A stretch of 64,000 nt of DNA from Eledone cirrhosa (GCA_964016885.1 OZ024743.1:45694001-45758000), one strand, 5' to 3'; counted from the stretch's first letter, positions 26,400 to 38,907 are shown. The notes: generated by a model from the letters alone, not told the origin. Made by a program: numbers and translations.

Positions 26400-26659
26400 C
26401 ACATTTATCAATGTCACATATGTCACAAAATATGCAAATCTAAACGAGGCCTGAATAGGCTTTCAAGGTTCATCAAGATCAGACAACTCAGGCAGTTGAA
26501 GCTAAACCGAAACTAAGGTGTAATATATGCGGACGACATTCTGGTCTGAAAAGCCGCATATGTTCCCATACCAGAAGTGAGCTTCATGTACATTGAGGTG
26601 GTGAATCTTTGTTTTGGGCAGACAATCGTCATGTGTGTGGGGGGGTATATGTGTGTATT

Positions 26660-26690
<31 letters not shown>

Positions 26691-26825
26691 GGGGGGGTGA
26701 AATCAAATTCCACTGAAATCAAATTTACCTGTCATGCTTTGGCGGTTGGAGAAGTGCCTGTGCAGTACTGTGGTCGATGTTTCCGTCATATCTCTTTCTC
26801 CCCCTCATCTTCTCTCCCCTTCTAT

Positions 26826-26862
<37 letters not shown>

Positions 26863-28353
26863 AGTCAGCTGTGTCCAGAGCTGGTTAGAGATGGTCCCCC
26901 CTAGGTATAAATGTCCATGACACGCCATATATCACTACGGCGCTCCTACGATTCCCTCAGGTGTTAAAGGCCCATGGCATGGTATGAGTTGTATGTATGT
27001 ATTTATGCATGTATTAGGTGTTTATGTATGCATGTATGTTTATATGCCTCTTTACATGTATGTATATATTTGTGTGTGTTTATGTATATATGTATGTATA
27101 TATGTCTGTATGCATGCATGTATGTATCTATCTACCTATCTATCTATATATGTATATAAGCCTGTAGGTTGAGGAAGATAAACAGAGGGAAGACGGGAAC
27201 ACTTACAAAACGTGCTCCTGATGTTGAAGGTTGTTCTATCTACGGGATGTAAAACAACCCTACAGTAACGTTCCCTCCTATTTGGGATTTCAATTGTTAT
27301 TTTATTGTATAAAGTTTATTGTTATTAATTAATGTTAAAGTTATATGATTTGTATGTAAAACCCCCGCCGTCATGTCATGTAATGTCCCATTTTTGTACG
27401 CCCCTGTGGCAAATAAAGAAAGATATCTATATATGTATGTGACCTATTCGGTAAGTTGTTTGAATCAATTACACAATACGTAGATAAGTTATGCTAGAGA
27501 TTTTCGAGGCGGTGTCCCATCATGGTCGCATTCTAATGACTGAACATTCAAAGAATAAAAGAATACTTATGTATGAAACTAAAATAATTTTGTCAATATA
27601 TTTTCTTTAAGTCAATGTATATATTTGTCCTGTATACCTTTAACATTTTATAATTAAGTTATACCGCATTCAATTATTAGCAATCTAATAATTAAACTAG
27701 TCAATTGATAGTTGAAAACATAAAATCAAAAATGAAATGATGCAAAGTATACCTAATGAACGAAATAATTTCGAAGTAGCAAGAAAAAGTTCAAGAGACT
27801 CACTACTTAAGTATACCAATTCTTGGATAAACTACCTAATCATAAGAATAAATATTGATTATCTTAAAATGTACTGCCTACTTGTAGTCGGCCAACGTTT
27901 TTTCATATTATATGTTTTGATGAATGTGAAGAAAATAAACGATGCAATTTCAAAGAAAGTCTATCAAGAGAGAAGCCAGATAGAAGACCAATCAGAAGAT
28001 TGTATCCGTTATAGACACTCAAACTTATAATGAGATAAACATTTTATCCATTACTATATAATATATGTATATTATATATACCTTTCATTTAATATGGCTT
28101 ATTAAAAATAATATTTACGTACGATTATCGAAATGTTTTCTACTATGATTATTTTATGATTGCACTTAATATGAAGTAAAGTGGTAAAAATAAAGACTCA
28201 TGCTGCGTTGGCATCTGAATTTCGATTCCCAATTGACATCAATCTTTTACATATTATAAATAGTTTATAGTAAAATTCTGTCAGTGATCAAGTCGCAAAC
28301 AATGCTACGGAAATTTTGACCCCAAGGTATAAATGATAAATGTAAAGTGAATT

Positions 28354-28680
28354 TCTTCTTCTTCTTCTTCTTCTTCTTCTTCTTTGCCTACTGATTCCTG
28401 AAAAGGCAAAGTCGTAGAGGCAGATTCCTCTAACACTCATTCCAGCGGGTCCTGTCAGGCGCAACCATCTCCAAATGATCTGGCTGAATCCCCAAGCGAG
28501 ACCAGCCAAGCTCATGAATGTTATCCAACCATCTTGCTCGGTGTCTACCCCTGGGTCTCCTGCCGGTTGGTTTTACTCATTAAATCTGTCCAGCGATTCT
28601 TTCCGAAGACATTCTAATCATATGCCCGTAGTATCGGAACTGTTGTTGTTTTGATGGCTAAAATGATTCCATCCACAATG
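28354..28680 (-). mobile_element. RTE LINE 3' end with (AGA)n tail
   Basis: Minus strand PTGRRPRGRHRARWLDNIHELGWSRLGI...DRTRW followed by (AAG)n. Confidence 0.75.
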
Positions 28681-28954
28681 ATGATCTATATCTAAAGGTT
28701 ACATGACGAAATTAAGGAAAACTCTCGCTGATAATATATAGAGACTGAAAATAATTTTCCTGTATGTGTGCGTGTTCCAGTTATATCTCCTTTCGATTCC
28801 TGATTTTACTATAAACACTTTCGAACATACAATAATGCATTAGGATAAATTAATATGAATAGTGTTTAATGTATATATGTTTTCGAGATAATTTAATACT
28901 TAAGATATCAGTTTAATGTAACGTTACGGAAAATATAATGTAATATATCACATA

Positions 28955-29050
28955 CTAGCTGGCCCGTCCGGCTGGCGTCCGGCTAGGTATACCTGCCCCC
29001 ACCACTCCACTGCAAAGATACCACACACACTCCCGTGTCACATTGTCATT

Positions 29051-29108
<58 letters not shown>

Positions 29109-29426
29109 GTATATATTGAAGGGAGATACGGAAACTAAAACAGTGTTTTCATACAGAGAGTGAAGAGCGACAGAGAGAGTAAAGCAGTTAAATTATATAG
29201 AGGGGGAATGATCTTACATACATACATGAATACATACATACATACATACATACATACATACATACATACATACATACATACATACATACATACATACATA
29301 CATACACATAAAGTATAGATATGAGTGTGTGTGTGTGTTTGGGCATGTGTATGTGTGTTTGTGCATGTGTGTGTCTGTGTGTTTTGTTTTGATGTTATCC
29401 GGCAATTGGCGAAATCAGGTGTGAAA

Positions 29427-29506
<80 letters not shown>

Positions 29507-29656
29507 TATGCGAGCGACGACAGAAAAAGTGTGTGGGATACATACATTATTATATTTGTCTGTATTTTCGTTCTGCAACCATTATATTATGATATTTGTA
29601 TCCAAATGATTTTAGATGTATGTATTACCTTCTTGCCCGTCCCCTCGTTTCTCTTT

Positions 29657-29694
<38 letters not shown>

Positions 29695-30590
29695 GATGTG
29701 TGTGTGTGTGTGTAGTTTTCCTAATCTGTCTCTTTCACTCTGTCTCTCTAAGAGGGTTGCCCTTTGATGTATGTATTACCTGCTTGTGTGTTGACCGAAT
29801 TTGAAGGAGGTTATCCTTTTGAAATAAACATACATACGACGCTCATCTCTATGTTGATATATGATATAAATAATGGGATTGATGAGTTAATATCTGTATA
29901 CAACAACTACAACGGTACGTGATGGGGCCCACCCACAGCCCCGGCGGACAGAATGGAGAAGGCGTTTCCCCGGCGGACGGCAAGGAAAAGCCACTCCACA
30001 CGCTGGAAAAGTCACTCCAACTCGCGGGGCTCACACCTGCGGCTGGCCAGCTCAGCGCCTATGGTGGTGAGTAAGGAGGTAGCCCTGGGGCCGAGGACAC
30101 CAGAAGTCTCCACTGCTAGGGGTACGACCGCAAACCTGTCGGAAAGCGACCGGTATTTGAGGAGTTTGGCCCCCTCAGCCCGATGTGCAGCAGAACCTGG
30201 GTATATATTGATATATTGAAGGTAGATACGGAAAGTAAAAGAGTGTTGTCATATAGAGAGTGAAGAGAGGCAGAGAGTAAAGCAGTTAAATTATAGAGAG
30301 GGTGAAAGAGGGAGAGAGAGAGAGAGACGACGCTCAGCTTTATAATATTAGAGAGTGAAGAGCGACAGAGAGAGTAAAGCAGTTAAATTATAGAGAGGGC
30401 GAATTGTCTATTATAGAGAGAGGGAAGAGCGACGGAGAGAGTAAAGCTAAGAAACTATCGGGAGGTGTGTAGGATATATACGTGTTGACCAAATTTACAT
30501 ACGATGCTCATCTCTACGGAAAGTAAAAGAGTGCTGTCATATAGAGAGTGAAGAGAGACAGAGAGTAAAGCAGTTAAATTATAGAGAGGG

Positions 30591-30644
<54 letters not shown>

Positions 30645-30840
30645 GACGCTCAGCTTTATAATATTTGAGAGTGAAGAACGACAGAGAGAGCAAAGCAGTT
30701 AAATTATAGAGAGGGGGAATGATCTATTATAGAGAGAGGGAAGAGCGACGGAGAGAGTAAAGCTAAGACACCATAGGGAGGTGTGTAGGATACATACATA
30801 ATACATACACACGACACTCAGCTTTATAATATTATAGATA
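28955..30840 (-). mobile_element. Non-autonomous Helitron-like element with internal microsatellites and a roughly 290-bp internal duplication
   Basis: Minus strand begins TCTATAAT.. and ends with a GC hairpin (CCGG..CCGG) then CTAG; direct repeats 30225-30515 / 30515-30830. Confidence 0.6.
29906..30200 (-). pseudogene. CRE-like non-LTR retrotransposon C-terminus (restriction-like endonuclease end)
   Basis: AAHRAEGAKLLKYRSLSDRFAVVPLAVETSGVLGPRA...PRE..*LFQR...LAVRRGNAFSIL; GC-rich island. Confidence 0.75.
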
Positions 30841-31060
30841 ACGTATAAGGTATATTCTAGTCATATATAACGAAGCCGATTATGTTGAACAAAGCTAAAT
30901 GCTATTCTATATTTATTAAAGTCTCTATATGTACGAAGTTGACATTAGTTTTCATCAGGAGATCGTTTGCATTATTATTTGGTGCAACTGGCCTTGTGTC
31001 TAAAGTAGAAACAATTATTATTTGGTACAACAACACACAAATAATAGTTTTATGCAGGTC

Positions 31061-31109
<49 letters not shown>

Positions 31110-31115
31110 CATTTT

Positions 31116-31166
<51 letters not shown>

Positions 31167-31168
<2 letters not shown>

Positions 31169-31448
31169 AAAGTTATATTTAAATTGTTGGGTTAACAACG
31201 AGTAAATATTTATAACTGATATAAAAGCACTCAACAAGTATTTGGAGTATATTAAATAAATTATACATTATAATGCCTGTTTTATACGAACTAATATTTT
31301 CTAAATGATGAAACATAGCGTTTTTTAAATTCTGCCTCGCTTATGTCTGGTTATTTTTCATTTTCTCTTTTTTTCTCTTTTTTCTCTCTATATAACGGCT
31401 ATTTTCTCTCTTAACTACATACATCTTTCTTTACATTAATACTAGAGC

Positions 31449-31487
<39 letters not shown>

Positions 31488-31885
31488 ATGTATCAACTGA
31501 TGCTCAACTACCTAGTTTCTCTATCTATCTCTATCTATCTCTTTATTTTTTCCTCTCTCTATATATCTCTCTCTGTTTCTTTACATGAAGTTCTTCTCTT
31601 TATCTATCTTTCTATATCTCTCTATTTAGTCACATGCATTTCTTCTTTTTCTTCGTTTTTCTTTCTCTCTTTCTTTTTACAACTGTCCATAATATTTTTA
31701 CTGCCAAATCAACTTCCCAAATGCAAGTCGATTGAAAGGTATGTCGTATCTATTTATTTATAAGACTGTCTATATTGTATTTTGTCTGAAGAAGGCATAA
31801 CATATTGTTAATATGATATCCCTGAAATATATATAATGAAATAAATATGGTTTTATAAATATAGTTTCCATTTATTTAATATCAT
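31167..31885 (+). mobile_element. Non-coding Naiad-like 3' end with inverted tail at its left end
   Basis: 31167-31255 is the reverse complement of tail 56747-56831; body is homologous to 62570-63180; HHR at 31778. Confidence 0.8.
31778..31843 (+). ncRNA. Type I hammerhead ribozyme (Naiad tail family)
   Basis: tattttgt-CTGAAGA-agg...cct-GAAA-TATATA-TA-atgaaata. Confidence 0.75.
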
Positions 31886-32791
31886 ATATATATATAAAAA
31901 TTAGCGAGAATCGTATTTCAGCACAGGAATTAACGAAAATCAACATCCGATATGTGTGGATGTTTGTATCTTTGTACGTGTGTGTGTGTTTGTGTGTTAT
32001 TGTGTGTTATTATGGTATTTATTTTTTCTTTACCATACGAGCATACCTCATCTAAAGTCGAATAAAGTCAAAATCATTTAACAAACTCATTCGAGGATAC
32101 TTTTTACAACCTCCATAACTGTATTTGTTAAAAAAAGTGTTTTTGTATATTTTTGTATAGTTTTGAATTTCTATAGCGTATGTCTAAGATGTCTAGATTT
32201 TTTTTTTCTTAAAAACTTTTGGGGCTTTAATTAGCAGCATCGTTTCAATTTAGATATCGTTAATCTCTTGTAGAAATATCACGATGACTAAAACATTCGT
32301 GTTAAGTTCAGCTGAGAAAACTCTGAACTATAATATTGTTGTTTTTGTTTCTTCTTTGTTTTTGTTTTTTGTGGGGAGGGGGTTTATTCCTTGTTATTAT
32401 TCACTTATAGATTTCCCCTACGGCATTATTTATATATATATATATTCATTTTTTTCTTTGTGACGTGACTGTTTGTATTTTTGTGACGTGACTTTTTGTA
32501 TTTTTTTTTTATGTTTTCTTAAGCTATTTTAAAGGAAATAGATAAAATACTATCTTGAACAAAAAAGGCTTCTCCATTTAATTATCAAATATTTATTTTG
32601 TTAAAAACAAATTTCATAGGCGAAGAAAAAACAAGCAATATATAATATAATATTAAATAAACAAAATCTTTTTTTATATATAAATATAATAATATAGAAT
32701 AATATACAGCGTAAAAATAATAGTGTAGTCACTTGTGCACATACAGACACAAACACAAACACGTACATACACTTTGTATCCTATCATATAC

Positions 32792-32835
<44 letters not shown>

Positions 32836-32945
32836 TGTATATATACAGAGAGAGAGTTAGATATACTATATATTAGGCATATAATATATATATATATACA
32901 CACAGAGAAAGAGAGAGAGAGTTAGATATACTATATATTACATAT

Positions 32946-33014
<69 letters not shown>

Positions 33015-33239
33015 GAGAGAGAGAAAGAGAGAGAGAGAGAGTTAGATATACTATATATTAGCTATATAATATATATGTGTATGTGTTTGTGTGTGTATAC
33101 AATATTATATATATGTAAATGGCATACATCTATGCATATGCTTGCACATATAATAGATATGGCTTCTTACACACAAACCCACATATGTATATATGTATGT
33201 ATGTATCTATGTATTTATGTTTTCTTTTTCTCTTAATTT

Positions 33240-33835
33240 TGAGTTTATTTTTGACTGGCCACCTTCCCGGTGGCAACACTGTGAAACGAAGGAAATGTTC
33301 GTCGTTTTTTGTGCAATGGTTCATCCTTTGAACCCCACGAATGTTTTACAGAGTTTAAAGACTCCAGATATCGCAACAATTTGTAGCTCATGAATTAAGG
33401 AGTTACGCTCTTTCACCTTAATTCCAAATTCATTAATACCTTGATCCAGACAGGTTGGTAAATATCTTGTAGATCCCAAAATAATGGGTATGAAGCTGAA
33501 GGTGTATCTTGGATACTGGATCTGCAAACTTCTCATCAATGGTCCGTTGGTATGCTCCTTCTCTTGTATTTTTCTTACCACATTGACATCAAGTGTGCAG
33601 CTGACTTCTACAACATAGCAAGTTTTAATGTTTCGTCCCAAACAACAATATTAGGCCAGTTTTACTTTAATTTGATGGCAGTTTTTATTTTTAGGTTCCA
33701 CCAGTTTCCCTTTGAGCCCCCAAGTCTCAACATATACCTGCCTATTTGTTTTTATCTTCGTCTTCCGTAGTGCATTATAGATTGTTCTGGCTACTACATC
33801 ATGCCTCATGTGGAGGTAGCAAAGAAAATACATTA
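33240..33835 (-). pseudogene. Restriction-like endonuclease domain of an R4/NeSL-type non-LTR retrotransposon
   Basis: YLHMRHDVVARTIY...CYVVEVSC...EKE...PLMRSL...FIPIILGSTRY; probably continues at 34290-34590 beyond SINE insertions. Confidence 0.65.
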
Positions 33836-33845
33836 TTTCACAATT

Positions 33846-34036
33846 GGTGGTGAATTGGCAGTATCGGTAGAGGGTCGGCCGCCATGCTTTCCAGCATAGT
33901 TACGTCCATTTACGGTCTGAGTTCAAATCTCGCCGAGGTTAACTTTGCCTTTCATCCTTACGGGGTCGATAAAATAAAGTACCAGTAATGTACTGGGTTA
34001 TTTCTGGCCTTCTGCTAAAGGTAGAAACAATTATTT
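33846..34036 (+). mobile_element. SINE family A, full length
   Basis: Complete head, central domain and GTAGAAACAATTATT tail; a partial copy follows at 34212-34288. Confidence 0.85.
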
Positions 34037-34797
34037 AAATATTTCTTATTCTACAAAGATGCTTCTCTAGATTTTACCTTAATAGTATTGTCTACAGTAT
34101 AAATATTCTGATTTCACATTGGGTTTTTTTAAATGTGGTGAGGACCCTCCTCTCCAGGCTTTGGTCATAGTCTATGTCTTTCAGAAAGAAAGATAGAACG
34201 ATTGAAGAGAGACGGGGTCTATAAAATAAAGTACCAGTAATGCACCGGTTAATTGCTGGCCTTGTGCCAAAAGTAGAAACAATTATTTCATAATTGCCAA
34301 TAATGTAGTTAACATCTTTCGTCTTTGTTTTGCACAGCCTAGATTTATTGTCGACTGATGACCTTCCTCGTTTGTGCTGTAGGTACTTTGTGGTGATTTC
34401 TTGTTCTTGGATTTCCCTGCGGTACCCTTCAAGTTGGGATGTAATAGATTTGTCGGAACTTCATGCATATATGTATGTGAGTATGTATGTTCTTCTGGTT
34501 TTATAGTTTCACAAATTTTTACCAATAGAGAGTCGGTTTCTAACATACATACAAGACTCTCTCATTGGAATTTACACAACATCAACTAGGTAGATATGTA
34601 TGTATGTCTGCATATATGCTTGTGTGTGCAGGTATGGATGTTATTGTATGTTATTTGAGATTACCGCCAAAAAACAATACATGCGCAGGTCAATGAATTC
34701 TGAAAAGAATTCAAGCCACGTCCTAGAACTCAATTGGATATGAAAAAATAACTATATGTGGGCATCGCTTGATGACACACATAGATATTTTCTCGGG

Positions 34798-34829
<32 letters not shown>

Positions 34830-34831
<2 letters not shown>

Positions 34832-35079
34832 GGGAGTTGTACAGAGGAGACTGGGGTTAGCTGGACACGCTCACCGACATCTAGAGTTGACACTGCACTC
34901 AGTGCTCCCGTGGGATCCCCTGCATGGACACACTGGAAGCGGAAGACCGAGGTTAACATGGTTTGATGCCCTAAGGACAGACACTGGTCTCTTGGAGACT
35001 CAGGACATGGCAGCGATGATGGGGGACAGAGACCGCTGGAGAGAACTCGTCCAAGGATCTCGGGAATTTTACCCGCCTA

Positions 35080-35082
<3 letters not shown>
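34830..35082 (+). mobile_element. RTE-like LINE 3' fragment between (TA)n tracts
   Basis: VLPWDPLHGH..GRPRLTWFDALRTDTG..MAAMMGDRDRWRELV. Confidence 0.7.
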
Positions 35083-35130
<48 letters not shown>

Positions 35131-35138
<8 letters not shown>

Positions 35139-35531
35139 GTGAGGTTTTTTTACAAAAGAAAAAATAACCGAGGTGTCCTACACGAGTGAAAGTATAAAGA
35201 AAAAAAGATGAAATCGAAAATGCAGCTGGAGTCTTATTTTTTTTTAAATATATATATTTATTTGGTTCCTTTACCGGTTTCGCAGTTCTTCTGGTTTTCA
35301 AAAGTAGATTTGAGATGAAGGATCTGAGAAAAACCACAGACTCTCCATCTCAACTTTACTTTTGAAAAGCAGAAGAACTGCGAAACCGGTAAAGGAACCA
35401 AATAAATATATATATATTTTTTTAAATAAGACTCCAGCTGCATTTTCGATTTCATCTTTTTTCTTTATACTTTCACTCGTGTAGGACACCTCGATTATTT
35501 TTCCTTTTGTAAAAAAACCTCACTTTCTAAT
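35131..35531. mobile_element. 400-bp fold-back element (arms about 35131-35325 / 35337-35531) carrying two U3-A8 hammerheads
   Basis: Near-perfect palindrome inserted in (TA)n; family copies at 38391-38590 and 51301-51500. Confidence 0.85.
35359..35395 (+). ncRNA. Hammerhead ribozyme with U3-A8 variant core
   Basis: ctt-TTGAAAA-gcag aagaa ctgc-GAAA-CCGG-TA-aag; mirror copy at 35268-35305 (-). Confidence 0.7.
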
Positions 35532-36559
35532 ATATATATATATATGCAAGTGAACTTCATCAGCTCATGTACGTAGCTTACGGAAGTATTTTAATATATC
35601 TTAACAAAAGTTTAGTATATAAAATTATGTTCGAAAATGTGTATCTAATTTTATTTAAATAGGAACCCATTAAAACAAGATGATAGGACCCTCTAGATGA
35701 CGTGTCTAGGGACGCTGTCTCCACGGTTCTCTCAGGAATAAGTGGGCATAAAGAAAGAAGAGTGGTTTTGTTTCATAGAATCAACGGTAGTTTTGGACGA
35801 GTTTGTATTTAAACGGTTAAATGCATATTTGGGTTTGCCAATATTAATAACAATGAGATGATAAGGTTGTTATTATATCAATACGATTCGAGTATGCTTA
35901 AGTTGTCTTTTTTTGCTTCTACTGAGATAACTTAGTTGTCAATGCTAAAATACTAAATATTCCAAGTTAATTGGAAACTTTATCAAAGCTGCCTGTATAT
36001 AATGCAAACGCCGCAGTGAAACATTTGTTAATTACCTACTTTGACAGTTACCTTTAATGGTTTCATACTAACTCTTTCTTTGTAATACATCCTCTTTATT
36101 ATTATCAACAAAAGACTCACCATACCATTTATATACGCTTCTCTTCTTTCTAATGATTCTCATAATTATGTCTGTACATTTTCCTTATCGTTACTAATAG
36201 CAGGCTGTTGGTGCTGCTCTAGTAATTAGCTATGTTCACACTAATCATGTACTGATTCTGCCGCTGTCTTTTATCAATTCTGTGTTCAAATTTCACTGCC
36301 GTCTATTTTTGCTTTGCGTTGTTTTAATTTAACGCCAATAAAACAATAACAATCGTCATCCTATTATTAAATTCACTATCGTAATTATTATTGTCATTAT
36401 CAACACCAGCCTCAACAATATCGCTATTATCGATTTATTTATCATATTATTTATCATGTATCGTCGTCATCATTATCAACCTAATCAATATCTTTCCCAC
36501 CATCATCATCATCATCAACAACAACTGTATAGTCATGACAGACATTTCAATCTATACCA

Positions 36560-36965
36560 CGTAGGTATGGCTGTGTGGTTAAGTTGTTCAGTTCGCATTC
36601 ACGGCGTTTCAGGTTTATTCCACTTATCCAAGGTACCTCGTGGTACCTTGGATAAGTGTCTTCTACAATAACCTCGGATTGACCAATGCCTTGTGAGTGA
36701 ATTTGTTAGATGGAAACTGTATGGAAGCCCGTCTTATATATATGCGTGTGTATGTATGAGCCTGTGTGTGTCTATGTGTCTGAATTTACTGTCTGTTTAT
36801 GTTCCCTAAATTAACGGTTTGTCAAAAAGAGATCGATAAAATAAGTACTAGACTTCAAAAAATAAATATTAGGTCGATAGTTTTGCTTAAGTTTCTTTAT
36901 GGCGGTGCCTCAGCTTGAATACAGTCTAATGACTGAAACATGCAAAAGAATAAAAAATAAAAAAT
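36560..36965 (+). mobile_element. tRNA-derived SINE, family B
   Basis: TGGCTGTGTGGTTAAG head, ACCTTGGATAAGTG core, TAATGACTGAAAC..AAAAGAAT tail; tail fragments at 27505-27565 and 48177-48226 (-). Confidence 0.65.
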
Positions 36966-37022
36966 ATAAGAATAAAATCCCTACCACTACCCTCACCTAT
37001 ATTACTATTATCTTCTTCGGTA

Positions 37023-37245
37023 GGGTGGTGGATTGGCATTATCGGTAGAGCGTCGGACACCATGCTTCGCGGCATAGAGTTACGGTTCTTTACGTTCTGA
37101 GTTCCAATCCCACCAAAGTTAGCTTAGCATTTCATCCTTACGGAGTCGATAAATAAAGTACCAGAGATGCACTGGGGTCGATTTAATCGACTTTTCCTTC
37201 CCCCAAAATGGTTGACCTTGAGCCTAAATGTGATACCATTATATA
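37023..37245 (+). mobile_element. SINE family A variant
   Basis: Matches 12169-12385. Confidence 0.75.
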
Positions 37246-37357
37246 TAATTGCAAAGAAGCAATTAAATCCTTTTATTGCTTAGAATTGTTTCCACAAAAG
37301 AATAATAAATCGCTCTCAAATCCATTATACGTAAATATCTATAAATTTTATACAGTA

Positions 37358-37998
37358 CTAGCAGTGGTACCCCGCGTTGTACGGGATGAGGTATTTTGGA
37401 ACGCGGGCCGCCAACAGACCTAATCGTAGAAAAACTGCATGCCTGGACAATATGTAAAGAAAATAAATCGAATACTCTGATGGCTGGATAATCTTTAAGA
37501 TTTTCCTCTATGAAGCAGGAAAAATGCAGGTTTTCACCTAATGCGGGCCCTAGGGGATCAAGAAAATTTATTTTTTCATGTGCATAATATGCCTTCAAAT
37601 TTCGGGAATATCGGCTAGACGTAGCACATCAAAAAAGCCCTAAAAAGCTGAAAAACGAAGTTTCTCACCTAATGCGGACCCTAGGCCATCAAAAAAAGTT
37701 GGATTTTCTTCGCTCACAGGATAAAGAAGAGACTGTCTAATACATAGTTACAATTTCAAGGAAATCGGTCTGACGTAACGCCTCAAAAAAAAACATAAAA
37801 AGCCTAAAAAAACGCAGTTTTTCACCTAATGTGGGCCCTAGGGGATCAAAAAGTTGAATTTTTCTATGTGCATAATAACAGTCCCTGAAACATAAGTAAT
37901 ACACATGTAAAGGTTGAAAATTGGTTGGGTACTTCTCGAGTTTTAGGGATTCAAACTCACTCACACACACACACATCCTCAATTTTATATATATAAAT
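37358..37998 (-). mobile_element. Non-autonomous Helitron-like element with three internal repeats
   Basis: CTAG terminus with adjacent CCCG..CGGG hairpin; TTTTCACCTAATG.GG.CCCTAGG repeated at about 37530, 37662 and 37818; (CA)n plus TATATA other end. Confidence 0.6.
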
Positions 37999-38129
37999 AA
38001 TCTGATTTGTGACTCAAATAATATTTGTATCATCAGAGAAAATTATAGAACGACATTCATTATAGTAGACATGTCGTTACAACTATGCGTGGGCATAAAG
38101 TATATATATATATATATATGTGTGTGTGT

Positions 38130-38343
38130 AGAGGTTATATTTAATTTGTTGGGATACAACAACCAACATATTTGAGTAAATATTTATTTACAAGCAAATT
38201 ATTGGAGTAAATATTTATTTATAAAACTAACCTATATTATATTTTATCTGATGAAAGCGCACCATAGTTTGCCTTGGTGGCCCTTGAAATATGTATAATG
38301 AAATAAATATGGTTTTATAAATATAGTTTCCATTTGTTAATAT

Positions 38344-38350
<7 letters not shown>
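38130..38350 (+). mobile_element. Minimal Naiad-end element: inverted tail plus HHR
   Basis: Left part is the reverse complement of tail 5400-5487; right part matches 5280-5400. Confidence 0.7.
38240..38305 (+). ncRNA. Type I hammerhead ribozyme
   Basis: tattttat-CTGATGA-aag.cacca...tggtg..ctt-GAAA-TATGTA-TA-atgaaata. Confidence 0.75.
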
Positions 38351-38390
<40 letters not shown>

Positions 38391-38393
<3 letters not shown>

Positions 38394-38590
38394 AAAGTGA
38401 TGTTTTTTTATAAAATGAAAAAAAACGAGGTGTCCTACACGAGTGAAAGTATAAGGAAAAAAGATGGAATCGAAAATGCTACTGGAATCTTTATTTTTTA
38501 ATATATTTATTTGGTTCCTTTACCAGTTTCGCAGTTCTTGTGCTTTTCAAAAGTAGAATTGAGATGGGGGGTTTGTGGTTTTTCGCACAT
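38391..38590 (-). mobile_element. Single arm of the U3-A8 HHR family (HHR at 38517-38554)
   Basis: Homologous to 35131-35325. Confidence 0.7.
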
Positions 38591-38907
38591 CTGGTTGGTG
38601 TTCGAATGTTACTTCTGTTTTATATGGAAAAAAGTGGTTCGAAATGCTAGATTTTTAGAGAAGTAATTTGTTTCTTTGATGACTGTCATGTGAATAAGTA
38701 TAATAAATTTCGCGCCAGTTCGCGTTACAAAGTTCTTATTATATTTGCCTTCAAAAAAAGGGTGGCTCAGATTGTTTTTTCATATATAAGTAAAGTTTGG
38801 TTGGTTGATGCAGTCACGTGAATAAGCACATCAGCTTTCGCGCCAGTTTGTGTTTGAATTTCTTTTTACTTAAAAAAAAGTGGCGCACGAAGGCTTTTTT
38901 TATAAAT

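Larger units (their letters stand above)
13385..26565 (+). mobile_element. RTE-clade LINE 3' remnant interrupted by two internally derived satellites
   Basis: Collinear peptide: MIQKAAKPFCNLESYVWSQ..KMSLYRVFVLSSLQY-[23-bp array]-YCSETW..RLLERFHQKCLRHVLTIKW..QLW*SGHIVRMADERISKQLFYEEL..KPKKKFKDTL..CGRICLSEAGLQSH-[79-bp array]-YQCHICHKICKSKRGL. Confidence 0.85.

Noticed and set aside
27737-28030. 97-aa ORF as a host exon
   Set aside because: No recognisable domain, AT-rich composition, and no splice or other support.
33846-33935. tRNA gene
   Set aside because: A/B-box-like motifs continue into a SINE body and tail present in many copies, with no full cloverleaf.
35545-35575. CTGATGA on the minus strand
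   Set aside because: No downstream GAAA or stems; it runs into (TA)n.
36456-36671. His/Gln-rich ORF
   Set aside because: It is a (CAT)n/(CAA)n low-complexity tract fused to a SINE head.
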